A stretch of 64,000 bases of DNA, taken from positions 7,998,001-8,062,000 of the forward strand of contig NC_043007.1 in the NCBI RefSeq assembly GCF_006345805.1. Direction: 5' to 3'. Made by a program: the position numbers and the translations under genes. Position 1 is the first letter of the stretch, and the number at the start of each line of letters is the position of its first letter. Shown piece by piece: positions 39,576 to 52,290 of the stretch. A model generated the notes under the pieces. The model saw nothing but the letters and a program-made list of their open reading frames with translations, was not told where the DNA came from and did no database searches. The DNA comes from Octopus sinensis (taxonomy: Eukaryota).

Positions 39576-39613
<38 letters not shown>

Positions 39614-39727
39614 AAATAGTAAAAAGTGAAAAAACTACAGAAGGCTTACAGGTTAAAAAAAATATATATTTGCGTCAATATGTCTGAAGAATATAAAAAA
39701 TTTTTTTCTTACAATGACATAGTTTAG

Positions 39728-39765
39728 AAGAAAGACCGGTTTCGCGTTTAGCTTTTCAAATTTCT
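39728..39765 (-). ncRNA. U3:A8-variant hammerhead-like motif (left palindrome arm)
   Basis: Reverse complement of the right-arm motif. Confidence 0.45.
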
Positions 39766-39803
39766 ACGACGTTATGTTTATGTTGAACATAACATAACGT
39801 CGT

Positions 39804-39842
39804 AAGAAATTTGAAAAGCTAAACGCGAAACCGGTCTTTCTT
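39804..39842 (+). ncRNA. U3:A8-variant hammerhead-like motif (right palindrome arm)
   Basis: AAGAAA-t-TTGAAAA-GC taaac GC-GAAA-CCGG-TC-TTTCTT: 6-bp stem I with one extra U, 2-bp stem II, CCGG stem III, GUC triplet. Confidence 0.45.
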
Positions 39843-40052
39843 CTAAATTATGTCATTGTAAGAAAAAAATTTTTAATATTCTTCAGACATATTGACGCAA
39901 ATATATATTTTTTTACCTGTAAGCCTTCTGTAGTTTTTTCACTTTTTACTATCTTCTATATATTCAACCACGTGCTTTTACAAACCAACTTTCTTATCTA
40001 TAATATATATAGATATATATATATATATAATATATATATATATATGTGTGTG

Positions 40053-40101
<49 letters not shown>

Positions 40102-40303
40102 TGTTGTGTGTGTGTGTGTGTGTAATATATTTATATGTATATACATAGCCCTCTCCACACGCACATACAAACTCTCTTCGTTTTGGGATCACCACTATTT
40201 TATTATCTCCTCTTCTCCCTAGATCTCCTGTGTGACCCTTCTGTCCGGCATTCGCCAAGATAGCTCGTTAGCCACTACACATTCTCTATTTTCTCTCCTT
40301 GTT

Positions 40304-40360
40304 TCTTTCTATGGAAGAGCGTAGGCTCGAAACGTTAAGTAACTTTTTCACTTCCCGAGC
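40304..40360 (+). mobile_element. PLE-type terminal module (13630 family) with degenerate hammerhead, cut by the gap
   Basis: CTATGGA-A-GAGCGTAGGCTC-GAAACGTT-AAG..CTTCCCGAGC. Confidence 0.55.
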
Positions 40361-40460
40361 NNNNNNNNNNNNNNNNNNNNNNNNNNNNNNNNNNNNNNNN
40401 NNNNNNNNNNNNNNNNNNNNNNNNNNNNNNNNNNNNNNNNNNNNNNNNNNNNNNNNNNNN
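40361..40460. other. Assembly gap (100 N)
   Basis: Run of n. Confidence 1.
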
Positions 40461-41250
40461 GGCAACAATATTCAAGGTGGGGGTCGGACAAAAGTGGAAT
40501 AGAGAAGGATGGTGGTCTGTGCATCTCTAGACCGGAAAGTTCTTATAATCCAGGAGCACCCCTTGCGGGCCAAGTCAACCTTGCTGTTTATGTGGGAACT
40601 CCAGCTTAGTTTGTTATCAATAATCCCTCCAAGGTCTCTTGTATTGGATGACACTAGGGAGTCACCCGAGGGAAGGGTATATGGTAGTTTCAGAGAGTTC
40701 TCTTTTCCAAAGTGGATCAAATTAAATTTATCTTCATTTAGAAGCATATTGTTCTTTTCCGCCCATTGGACAACAGCAAACAGATCCGACTGAAGGCATG
40801 TCCGGTCTCCCATAGAGTTTATGGCTTTCTGGAGCCTGGAATCATCAGCGAAGATTTTCATTGTAGAATGTTTGATGACGTCTGCTATGTCATTGATGTA
40901 GATATTGAAGAGGAGTAAGCCCAACACAGTGTCTTGTGGGGCACCACGACTGACTTTGGCTGAGCTTGATCGTATTCCCTCAAACACAACATGTTGGGTT
41001 CTGTTCTTCAGGAAACACTTTATCCACTGCAGCAGCTTTCCACTGACTCCAATGTTGGACAGTTTCTTCAGCAGGATTTTGTGTTCCACTCTGTCAAATA
41101 CCTTGCTGAAGTCAAGGTGTATGACGTCAGTGTCGGAGCCCTCTCCCAACGCTTTTAAAATGTCATCAAAATAGTGAAGAAGCTGCGACAGGCAGTCACC
41201 GCCATCACGGAGACCATGCTGGTTGGGGTTCAGCAGATTGTTGTCTTCGA
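40461..41250 (-). pseudogene. CR1/Jockey-group LINE reverse-transcriptase core fragment
   Basis: NQHGLR..CLSQLL..DVIHLDFSKVFDRV..GAPQDTVLGLLLFNIYIND..KIFADDSRL. Confidence 0.9.
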
Positions 41251-41311
41251 GTGTGTGTGTGTATACACATACACACAACAAACGTGTGTATATATATATA
41301 TATATATCATG

Positions 41312-41344
<33 letters not shown>

Positions 41345-42955
41345 TAGCTTGTGGATATATGACCTACGTTGGACTCCTTATTCGCATAATCACAGAACCT
41401 GGAGCTATGGTCTACCCATAGCACTTACTCACCATTACCTGATCCTTTGGGTTTTATTGACACCATTACCTCTCATAACCTCTCTCTATATATGTGTGTG
41501 TATTTAAGAGTTGGTCATCTATTCATTCATGATTGCTTTCACTTGACATTTGCCATTAAAGGGAAGACAACTCTTTACACATACAGTCCTCCACCCTCTC
41601 AGTTGCATTTGTCATCTTGTCTCTCATTTCAATTAACCCTCTCAAGTCCATCCATTATAATACTGCCACCGTTATTTCTAGGATATACCTTACAGTACCT
41701 ATGACTGCGTTTGGAAATTTCTTGCTTTTTTTTTTTTTTGTCCTAAAGTTTATGTTTTCTGTTATTTTTAGGCGTTGCTCTTGCTTACGAGAGAAAAGGA
41801 TTTTTGTTTTTACTTTAGATTCGTTTTTTGTGCATCGTTGAAAGCTTTATGGAAGCTTGCCTTCGACGACGAGACATTTTGATACACTTTTAAATTTCCA
41901 ACTAAATTTTCACATCTATTGTGGTGATGTCCTGTTCTTATCAATAGACACAAACATTTCTTGTGGCTTTCTATGGCGTTGCTACCAACCTGTCACTGGG
42001 TCTAATATAACATCTAAGAAGTAACTATCTTTATAGAAGTGGTCATTATACTGTTGACTCCAAACTCATCAAATATCTTTACTTGATCATTCCTAATTTA
42101 ATCTCATTTTTGACCGTTCTTGTGACGAGAAAGAGCGAGCCTATCATTCTGGGATTTCGAATTATGATTCTAGTTTATCACGAATATATAAAGCAGCCAG
42201 CTCATATTACGGAGTCACCTCGTAACTACTTATACAGACTCCAAACGGACCATAAATGGCCATCATCACTTATGTGGACAATGTGTACGTGTGTGGGAAG
42301 TGATTTTAAAGTTACGGTTTTCTGGCGTGCACGATTATTTCGAAGACATCGTGGTTAGTGCTGGTGCACTATATCTTACTAAATTCCAATGTATTGATTA
42401 AAAGAGTGCTTAGAAACCTGACAAGTAGGAGTGAATAAAGTTACACACACACGCATGTATATTTATGTGTGTATTTATGTATGTGTATGTGTGAGTATGC
42501 ATGTATATATATATATATATATATGTATATTTGTATGTGTGTGTATATATATAATATAAATACACACATACAAACGTACATACATACGTACATATACATA
42601 CACATACATACAAGCATACATACATATGTGTGTGTGTGTGAGTGTGTGTGAGTGCGCACGTATATACATATATATATGTCTATGTATGTATGTATGTATG
42701 TATGTGTGTATGCGTGTATGTGTGTATTGAACCATTGATGTCGGTCTTGTAGATTTGATTTCAATTGACAATAGAACTGGTATTCAGGATATTCAGTAAC
42801 ATAAAGTCAAACGTTACGACTTTTAACACAAGGCTGACGGTATATTCATATCTGTTGACTGTCGTAATATGTTTTAAGTTCAAACCGCTGCTCTTGTTGT
42901 TGTTCCTGTTGTTGCAGACGTTATGGTTTGCTGGCTTTGAATTTTAACAACACAT

Positions 42956-42987
<32 letters not shown>

Positions 42988-43194
42988 CACACACACTTAT
43001 ACGATGTAAAGGATTTGTCGATATCTATAAGCGCAACCAGTATACGGGGGCGAGGAAGCACTTCGCATACAGATGTACAAACACTACACGTCCGTACGCA
43101 AATAAACTCATACATACGTAAGGGCGTACATACACACACGCATACATGCATACCTACACAGTCACACATACGCATACATATATGCATACTATAT

Positions 43195-43235
<41 letters not shown>

Positions 43236-43256
43236 TTTATATATTATATATATATA

Positions 43257-43374
43257 TCACCTGATCACGTGACCGACCAGACCATCAGATGTTGTTACAC
43301 ATCGCTCGGTCACAATGCGTTCGCATTGTTTTAGCCTTCGAATGACGCCACCCCGCTGGCTAAGCGAGCAGGCC
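43257..43374. repeat. GC-rich multi-hairpin module embedded in (TA)n
   Basis: GTGACCGA/TCGGTCAC and ACAATGCG/CGCATTGT stems; (TA)n on both sides. Confidence 0.55.
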
Positions 43375-43391
43375 ATATATATATATATATA

Positions 43392-43915
43392 TATGTCTAT
43401 CCTGTTTAAGTCAAGTTTTGTTTATGGTCCATTCAAGTAGTGAGTTTTTGTTGGGTGAGTTGTATCCAATTATGGGTGGTTTATCTGGTATTCCTTGAAG
43501 GAATCTATCCAGACTCCGTTTAAAGTTGATGGGATCCTTTTCCTCTTTGATCTCTTCCGGGACAATGTTAAATAGAGCAGGGCCTGTTGAGGAAAAGAAA
43601 TTATGTTGCGGTGTACATGTATGCTGTGATCTTGAATTGGGCAGGGGACGTATGGCCCGTGGTCCCAGTCTTGGATGAACCTTGAAGCTAATGTTCAGGT
43701 CGTTTGGGCAAAGTTGGCGGTATATTCTCCACATCATACAAATGATGTACCGCTCACAGCGACGCTGGAGAGAGTAGAGTTTCAAGGCTTTAAGGCGATT
43801 CCAATAATCGAGAGCAGCCATGCCTTCAATTCGTTTAGTGAGTGCCCTCTGGGGTGATTCAATTTTTTCAAATATTCTCATCACACTGTTGTACTTCTTT
43901 ATGTCCTTAACATGT
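43392..43915 (-). pseudogene. CR1-like LINE ORF2 C-terminal fragment
   Basis: IESPQRALTKRI..YWNRLKALKLYSLQRRCERY..GPALFN..FKRSLDRFLQGIPDKP. Confidence 0.85.
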
Positions 43916-43917
43916 CC

Positions 43918-44116
43918 CTGTTACCAAAGACTGTATATATACATGTAATGTGGCAATTATGTAAAAAACCTTTTTGAATTCATAATATTCTATGTTACTT
44001 TTGACAATCTTTTTCCAAAGAGTGAAACCGTTAAGTAAATAAACTCTTTAAATTGCATTTTCAAACCTTCTTTCGTATATAATTCCACTCGTGCGATACC
44101 CCACAACTCAACTTTG

Positions 44117-44118
<2 letters not shown>
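43918..44118 (+). mobile_element. Solo copy of the 21.6/24.6-kb terminal module with a U3:A8 hammerhead-like motif (43995-44038)
   Basis: TTACTT-TTGACAA-TCTTTTTCCAAAGAGT-GAAACCG-TT-AAGTAA (6-bp stem I); same 3' end CACTCGTGCGATACCCCACAACTCAACTTT, then (TA)n. Confidence 0.7.
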
Positions 44119-44187
<69 letters not shown>

Positions 44188-44438
44188 ACATATATAACTA
44201 AAACATACACACACACAACACACACACACAATATATATATGTATATATATATATATAGATATATACAAATTGAGATAGGGGTTGTAAAGGTGCAACCCTC
44301 CATGGGATAACATATATCCAATATACTGCTAGTGAAGTACCTAACAAAGTTCATACATAAATGTTAAAATTGCGATGCAATTAATTCATTTACTGTATTA
44401 TATGGGCAAAGGTAAAATGTTTTACCAGAAATTAATAA

Positions 44439-45770
44439 TACAAAATAAGAAAATGGAGAAATACATCTAAATCAATTATCAACTACCAGATAATACCCAA
44501 CCACATAATTTATTAAACCACCACATATGAACATTAAGGTCAAACATAATAATATAGAACAAAACAGTGTACATGAAGGAGTAATATGATACAATAAGTA
44601 CAATATGTATAAGAGAATATAAATAAATATAGATATAAATATAAACTACATCTTACAGCTGTTTCGGCCATGCAGATATGGGTGTCTCATTTTGCTCATA
44701 TTAGCCGTGTGTGATAGGTCAATATGTAGTTATAAATGAGACACTTACAAAAATATCCCAAGGCCTCTTCGGAGAATATGAAATACAAACTAAATTAAAT
44801 ATACACCCATACAAGTGTTGGTACATACCCATAATATATCATATACACATACATATGAGTGCATATACTCATACTCCTATACATACATATATACATATAC
44901 ATAATAATATAAATTAATATATATACATATGTTCCATATTCAATGTTACAGTTTTTCAACTTAATATTGTGATATTACAATGTAGAAAACATACACATAT
45001 TAATACTCAAATGCAGATATACAAAATCAAGAGTACATTATATTAATTTACAAAATGTCATTAATATTAACATTATTACTATTATCATTACCACTATTGC
45101 TACTAATATCATTATTATTATTATTAATAACACTAATACTAGCAAAACAATATATGGATCACACTTAGCAACGTAATAGCAAAAACAAGAACAAGAATAG
45201 TACTACAGTACCATGCAAAGCATTAAATGTCTGCATATACATATAAAATGAAAAATAAAAGCATTTGGGTTACATGATATTAAGTTCCACAGGTGTATAA
45301 ATGTAGATGCGAGTGCAAATTTATAATTTCAACTGTGACACAAATACAGTATTACGTTCAGAAATAGTTAAGAATCGTACGCTAAAAAATGATTGGCCTG
45401 TACATTTAAATTTCAATTTCAATTGTCTTCGTGACGGTTGGTTTGTTAAGAGACACCCACACACGCACACTTGTAAACGTGCGCCCACACACACACAGAC
45501 AAACCACAACACAAGAGATACCAGCCCACACACACATGCTTACATACAAATCTACTCACATATATCCATAAAAATGCATACAAGCAAGCACACAGACATC
45601 TATACCCAGTCGATGTACGCTATTATCATAAGATACATTATTAAAATAACACCGTATATTTCGTAAACAATTTATCGTGCTACTGAAACTTCCATATAGT
45701 CAAAATTTCGACTGTGTTCTCATTCAAACTTTCACTAATAAACCAGCACAGGCATGGGAAAACTATACCA

Positions 45771-45811
<41 letters not shown>

Positions 45812-47542
45812 TCCGCATACATCCATATACATATATACACTTGCATGCACTTCATCTGCAAACACTGGCATATACATATATACGTATTTAAATATGTATT
45901 TATGTACTCATACGTATAAGAAAAACATATACACATATATCCACCTATGAATATACATATACATATAAAAATACACATACACATACATATACATATGAAC
46001 ACATTTCGACATATCCACATATATTTACGAAATTACAAAAATATATGTCTGCCCACCGAAGGACGTATAAATACATAAACAATATGTTAACAGAAATTAC
46101 AATTAATTAAGATATAAGTAAATTAATTATAAATTAATAAGTGCTATTAATTAAAAAATAAAATAAAATAAATAAATAAATAAATTTTAAAAAATAAATA
46201 AATAAATAAATAGAAATATATAAATAAAAGTTGAAAAACTGTAACATTGAATATGGAACATATGTATGTATATTGATTTATATTATTATGCATATGTATA
46301 TATATATGTATAGGAGTATGAGTATATGCACTCATATGTATGTGTATATGATATATTATGGGTATGTACCCACACTTGTATGGGTGTATATTTAATTTAG
46401 TTTGTATTTCATATTCTCCGAAGAGGCCTTGGGATATTTTTGTAAGTGTCTCATTTATAACTACACTAGCAGCATAGCCCGGCGTTGCCCGGGTATGTAA
46501 GAGCCCCTAGTAGGCAACGACTAATTCCAATCTAGTCCTTTCCCTCTAGGGAACGAAGGCGCATGTGTAGGTTGCAATGTCTTCTCTTCACTCGAATACT
46601 TCTGTGTATACGATGTTCCTAGCTGTCCATTTGGGCGATAAAAAGGTCGAGTTGCGTCCCCTAGACAGTCTGTGGTTTGTGTTTAATACACAAATCGGTT
46701 TGCTATGTGTGCCACATATGATTTAATTAACAGATTTTTTCCAATAATAAAGTATCCTATTGGAATAAAAAGGGCCATATAGCTCCTTGGAGCAGACATG
46801 ATGCTCGATGTGAATTTTAAAAAAAATTCCTACCAATTTGTTAAAGATATTATCGAAAATATGTCATCTTGAATTTGAACGCGATTTCCCAAAATGGCAT
46901 GATTTTATCGATTTTTTTCTGATGGTAAGGTATTGCATGGAATTAAGTTTCTTAGGGTAACATTAAGCTTCACCATGAGTTTGGTGAAAATCGATTGCAA
47001 GTTGCGAAAACTACAACACAAAATGTGTTGCATATAAAAAGCTTAGATTCTCGACACCATGTCGAATTTATCGATTTTCTTCAGAACTGGGGGAACTTTT
47101 CAAAGTTTTCGCTGCGTTAGTTTTGAATTATGACATTGGGGTATGTGTGTGTCAAGTCTCATCAGAATCGGTTGAAAGCCGTGGTCAGGGTGAGGGTACA
47201 ACCTGACAGACACACAGACACACAGACAGACAAACTGCCGTTTATATATAGAGAGATATTGACCTGTCACACATGGCTAATATGAGCAAAATGAGACACC
47301 CATATCTGCATGGCCGAAACAGCTGTAAGATGTAGTTTATATTTATATTTATATTTATTTATATTCTCTTATACATATTGTACTTATTGTATCATATTAC
47401 TCCTCCATGTACACTGTTTTGTTCTATATCATTATGTTTGACCTTAATGTTCATATGTAGTGGTTTAATAAATTATGTGATTGGGTATTATCTGGTAGTT
47501 GATAATTGATTTAGATGTATTTCTCCATTTTCTTATTTTGTA
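44439..47542. repeat. Fold-back with ~520-bp inverted arms (44439-44962; 46228-47542, the latter split by a Helitron) around an AT/CA-rich spacer
   Basis: Arms are reverse complements once 46466-47256 is removed. Confidence 0.88.
46466..47256 (-). mobile_element. Non-autonomous Helitron (791 bp)
   Basis: Minus: A|TC....CCCGG-GCAACG-CCGGG hairpin..CTAG|T; no target duplication; the empty site is visible in the left arm (44722-44730). Confidence 0.9.
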
Positions 47543-48047
47543 TATTATATATATATATATTATATATATATAATATATATATACGTACATATATATACTT
47601 AAAACACACACATATATAGACGAAAATGTACATATAAATACAATACGTACATGCATGCGCACCACTTACATACATTCATACATGCAAACATACATACGAG
47701 TGTAGATGCATACCAACATACAAGCAAACATACGTGTATGCAGACTTACTTACAAAGATTGTTGCATATAAAAGCAGTAACTGGCACTTAAGGGAATGCA
47801 TCAGAAATTGCCATTTTTCACCGAAAAACTTTAAATCCATAAAACACACCCACGCATTTACTCCCGATACATACATACATATACATACATATACACATAT
47901 ATATATGTATATATGTATACAGACATACACACACATACATACATACATACATATATACATAATACATACATACATATATATATGTACACACACATACATA
48001 CATATATTCATACTCACCCCCATACACACAAACACCACAAACACACA

Positions 48048-48095
<48 letters not shown>

Positions 48096-48831
48096 CACAC
48101 ACACATGAGCTCCAACCATAGTAGTACCACTAATACTACTGCTACTACTACTACTACTACTACTACTGTTCATACATACACACACACACACATTGGCGCA
48201 CGCAGTTTAAACCAATCGAAGACAAGGTGTACGACACTTTATACTCTTCAGAAATAAAAACAGTTTGGTGAATAACCTTTTCACTTGTATAGAATCGTTG
48301 GTCACACCACTTGATCGGAACATCCAACTATTTCTTGGAAATGTTTTAAATCTTGTAATTAAACGATATCTCATCTTTCATGGTGATATTGTCGTAAAGA
48401 TAAACGACCGGACAGACATCGCACGTACTCTGCGGTGTTGTTTTCCACCTTTCTCGAATATTTAATCTTTCTCCAATATCTTTCATTCCTGTAGATATTC
48501 ACGATGACATTTTTATTTCCGAATACCTCTCCATTTATATCTGTCTGTCAATATGGCGATGCGGCCAGCTTGCTAGCATACTTCCGATTTACCCACATAC
48601 ACGCACGCACGCACGCACGCACGCACACGCATACGCATACAGACAAACATACATAGATACGGACATATGCACCGACTCAAAAACATATATACGTACATAT
48701 ATATATATATATATATATATACATACATATACGTATATATATTTTCTTATATATGTGTGTGTACAGATATCTACATATGCTACCCACATATAAATGCAGC
48801 TATCTATACATGCATACGCACACATATATAT

Positions 48832-48866
<35 letters not shown>

Positions 48867-49080
48867 AATATAATTATATATTATATATATATATATATTA
48901 TATAATAATATTACACATGCATACATATATATATATATACATATATACATATATAAACATGTATATATGAACATATATATATACATATATATATGTTTTA
49001 TATTATATATGTGTGTGCGTATATGTATACATATATTCATTAACGTTATATATATACATAAATACACGCGCACACACACA

Positions 49081-49133
<53 letters not shown>

Positions 49134-49246
49134 TATATATATAGTATAAATATAATATATATATAATTCATTTATAAATGATTTACTTTTACTCATATGG
49201 AAGAGACATTAAGACATACATCGCCCCATATAAGGACACATGGAAA

Positions 49247-49292
<46 letters not shown>

Positions 49293-49507
49293 ACACACAC
49301 ACTCATACACAGAGGTTCCAATATCGGACGTGTTGTTTTTATATATTTTCCCCGCCCACCTACCCAAATCTTCGCAGGATTTAGTTTCTTCGATATTCGT
49401 TCGAACCGAACATGAATTATGGGTGGCGATGGATGGAGTGGGCGGGGTGGAAGGATTAACAAAATAATAGGGGGAAAAAAGAAAAAAATAGTTTTTCGAA
49501 AAACTGC

Positions 49508-49547
<40 letters not shown>

Positions 49548-50045
49548 AGGAAGGAAGGAAGGAAGGAAGGAAGGAAAAGGGAAAGAAGGAAAGAAGGGTG
49601 CTGAAAAGAAAAGAGAAGTGTGACAGAGCTGAAATAGGAAAGATATTAAGTATGGGTGGTAGATGAGGAGTGGTGGTGGTGGTTGTGGTGGTGGTGGCGG
49701 TGCTGGTGTGGTGGTTTCGGTAAAAGTACGTCATTCCTTGCTATCTTTGAGTTTTATTAGCTTGTTATTTGAAGAAATCAATAAGCAGTGTTTGTTCGAT
49801 GTCTTAAGGCAGCGAAAAGATATCCAGTAGGACTTGAAATGTATAATTTCCGTTTGCCGTCTTAAATTGCCCGACAACAACAACAACAACAACAACAACA
49901 CCGACGATGGCGACGACATGAAGAATGAGAAAGTAGGAAAAGTGGGATCTGCTGTAAAAATAAGCATATTTAAGCTAATAATCTAGGAATTATGATTCAT
50001 TCTCTTACTTTCTTCCGCCTCTTTTTGTCTCTGTTTCTTCATGTC

Positions 50046-50098
<53 letters not shown>

Positions 50099-50136
50099 AC
50101 ACCGCACACACACACACCAACACACACACACACACA

Positions 50137-50167
<31 letters not shown>

Positions 50168-50344
50168 CCACACAACCACACAACACACCACACACACACA
50201 TATTATATATATATATATATATATATAATATTATATATATATATGCTATATTATTTTGGTCTTTGAATTTTGGATGACTTCTCTTTCAGAATTAGTACTC
50301 AATATGTTATGCAATATAGAGTTTTAGATTCCTATAATTATGAT

Positions 50345-50432
50345 TTGTTCCTACGATCGTTTCAATCTATAACAAATTATCGTGAAGCGAACGTGATAAT
50401 CGCTTGTAGGTTGGAACCTTCGAAGTAACAAG
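50345..50432 (-). ncRNA. Degenerate hammerhead-like motif with extended stem II
   Basis: Minus: TTGTTAC-TTCGAAGG-...ATTATC/GATAAT...-GAAA-CGATCG-TA-GGAACAA; the 5' core is corrupted. Confidence 0.3.
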
Positions 50433-50450
50433 TCTTATATAAAAGTATGT

Positions 50451-50935
50451 ATGTCCGAAAAGTTCACAGGGCTCAATCGATCTCTTCATGATAACATGAA
50501 AGCATGGGTTTGTGTCAATGAGGAAATACTAGAACCCATCTCAACTGAATCTGGTGCTAAACAAAGTGATCTCTTGGCTGCTCCCACTTTGTTCGTCTTC
50601 TTCTTTGCTATTGTTTTCTTGCAAGCCTTTGTGCTTAGTGATGTTGGAATCTATTGATATACTGTACAACAGGAAAGCTTTTCGACATCCGTCGTTTTGC
50701 TGCAGTAACAGAAACTTTCTTTGCTTTTATTCGTGATCTCATTCGTGTTTGTGGTTTCGTAGCCGACACTGAGACAGATCTTCATCTCTTGATGGACTGC
50801 TTTTAGCTGCATGTGATGAGCTTGGACTTAGAATCAGTCTTAAGAAGACCGTAGTCATACTACAACCAGCACCAAGCAAGCTATATGTCCCACCATCAAT
50901 ATACATCAATGACACAAAGTTAAAAGTCATGGATA
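50451..50935 (+). pseudogene. RTE (BovB-like) LINE reverse-transcriptase fragment
   Basis: SLHDNMKAWV..SGAKQSDLLAAPTLF..GIY/YRTTGKLFDIRRF..IRDL..DLHLLMDCF..CDELGLRISLKKT. Confidence 0.8.
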
Positions 50936-51073
50936 TTTAAAAAGAGGCTTTACAACCACAAATCTTTCAGAGACATTCAAATGGAATCGAATAAAAATAT
51001 CGAAATATATAGTTTCATAGAAAGAAAACACTGCGAACTACGACATCATGTGATAGGGACATGAAAACTGGAA

Positions 51074-52290
51074 ATGGCAGCAGAACTGGTTTTTGCATCG
51101 CCGAGTAAAGCTAAGCCTGAAGAAGTCACTGATATCAGTGGTATGTATGAATGCCAAATCAGAATCCAAAACACCAAGAACTATCTTAAGGCTCTTTTGT
51201 ATAAACAAAAGAGCCTTTCCCATTCGTTCGTGACAGCCGAGCATTCTACAAAAAAAAACAAACAAACAAAGCAAAAATCAAAACCAAAAGACGTGTGTAC
51301 GTTCATACATACGCATACGTACATATTGACTTCTATAATACACGCATACATATATACACGCATACGTGCATACGTACATGCACACATACACGCACGTTCG
51401 TACATATATATATATATATACCTACGTACATGATAGAAACAGTCTTATATACTCACTGATGTACCTATGTACATTAACACGCATACGTACATGCATACAC
51501 ATGCACACATACATGCAGTCACACATACATACATTCATACAAACACACACACACACACACACGCAATGGCGCACAGTCTCATAGACTCACGCCAACATGG
51601 CACTTCAATAATACCGATAAATCGTTGTATTGATTGCTACAGACTTCTCTTATATTGACTATTATAGTAGTAGTAGTAGTAGTAGTGATGGTGTGGTGGT
51701 GGTGGTGGTGGTGGTGGTGTGGTGTGGTGGTGGTACTGATAGTTCTAGCGGAGATGGTGGTGATCTGTGTAGCAGTAGAAGTGGTACAGATAGACTTGTG
51801 GCAGTTGTGGTGATGGTGGTAGTAGACTGGAGGCAGTAGTGGCGGCAGGGGTAGTGGTAACGGACGTGGTGGTGGTAACGGTGGTGTTGATGGTGACGGT
51901 GTTATTGTTGTTGTTGTTATTGTTGTTTTTTTATTGTGATAGTAATGGTGGTGATGCTGGTGTGGGTGGTGGTGGTGATAGACATGATTGTATAAACGCT
52001 GTGGTGTTAATGTTAGTAATGGTGGTAGTGTTGTTGTTGTTGTTATTGGTGGTGGTGGTGGTGGTGGTGGTGGTATTAGCTCTGGTGGTAGCATTATTGG
52101 TGTTGTTGGTGTTTGCGTTGTTGATAAAGATGGTTTATTCTCCAATCCATTCCATTTTGCTGACGTCCATCCATTTCTAGCTGAAAGCCTCAACATAACA
52201 TTGTCGATTTATCCATACTGGTTCTTGATCTACCCTGATCCCACTGACCAATTGTGGACCGAATGCTGCTCTGCTGTGGCCTGCGATTAG
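51074..52290 (+). CDS. Speculative two-exon small ORF (51074-51140 joined to 52181-52290; 58 aa)
   Basis: Donor G|GTATGT at 51141; CTGAC branch-like motif at 52160-52164; TTTCTAG| acceptor at 52180; phases compatible. No homology recognised. Confidence 0.15.
51660..52100. repeat. (GGT/GTT/AGT)n low-complexity tract
   Basis: Direct inspection. Confidence 0.9.

Larger units (their letters stand above)
39611..39957. repeat. ~347-bp near-perfect palindrome centred at 39785 (essentially no spacer)
   Basis: Arms 39611-39784 and 39786-39957 are reverse complements with a few mismatches or indels. Confidence 0.95.
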
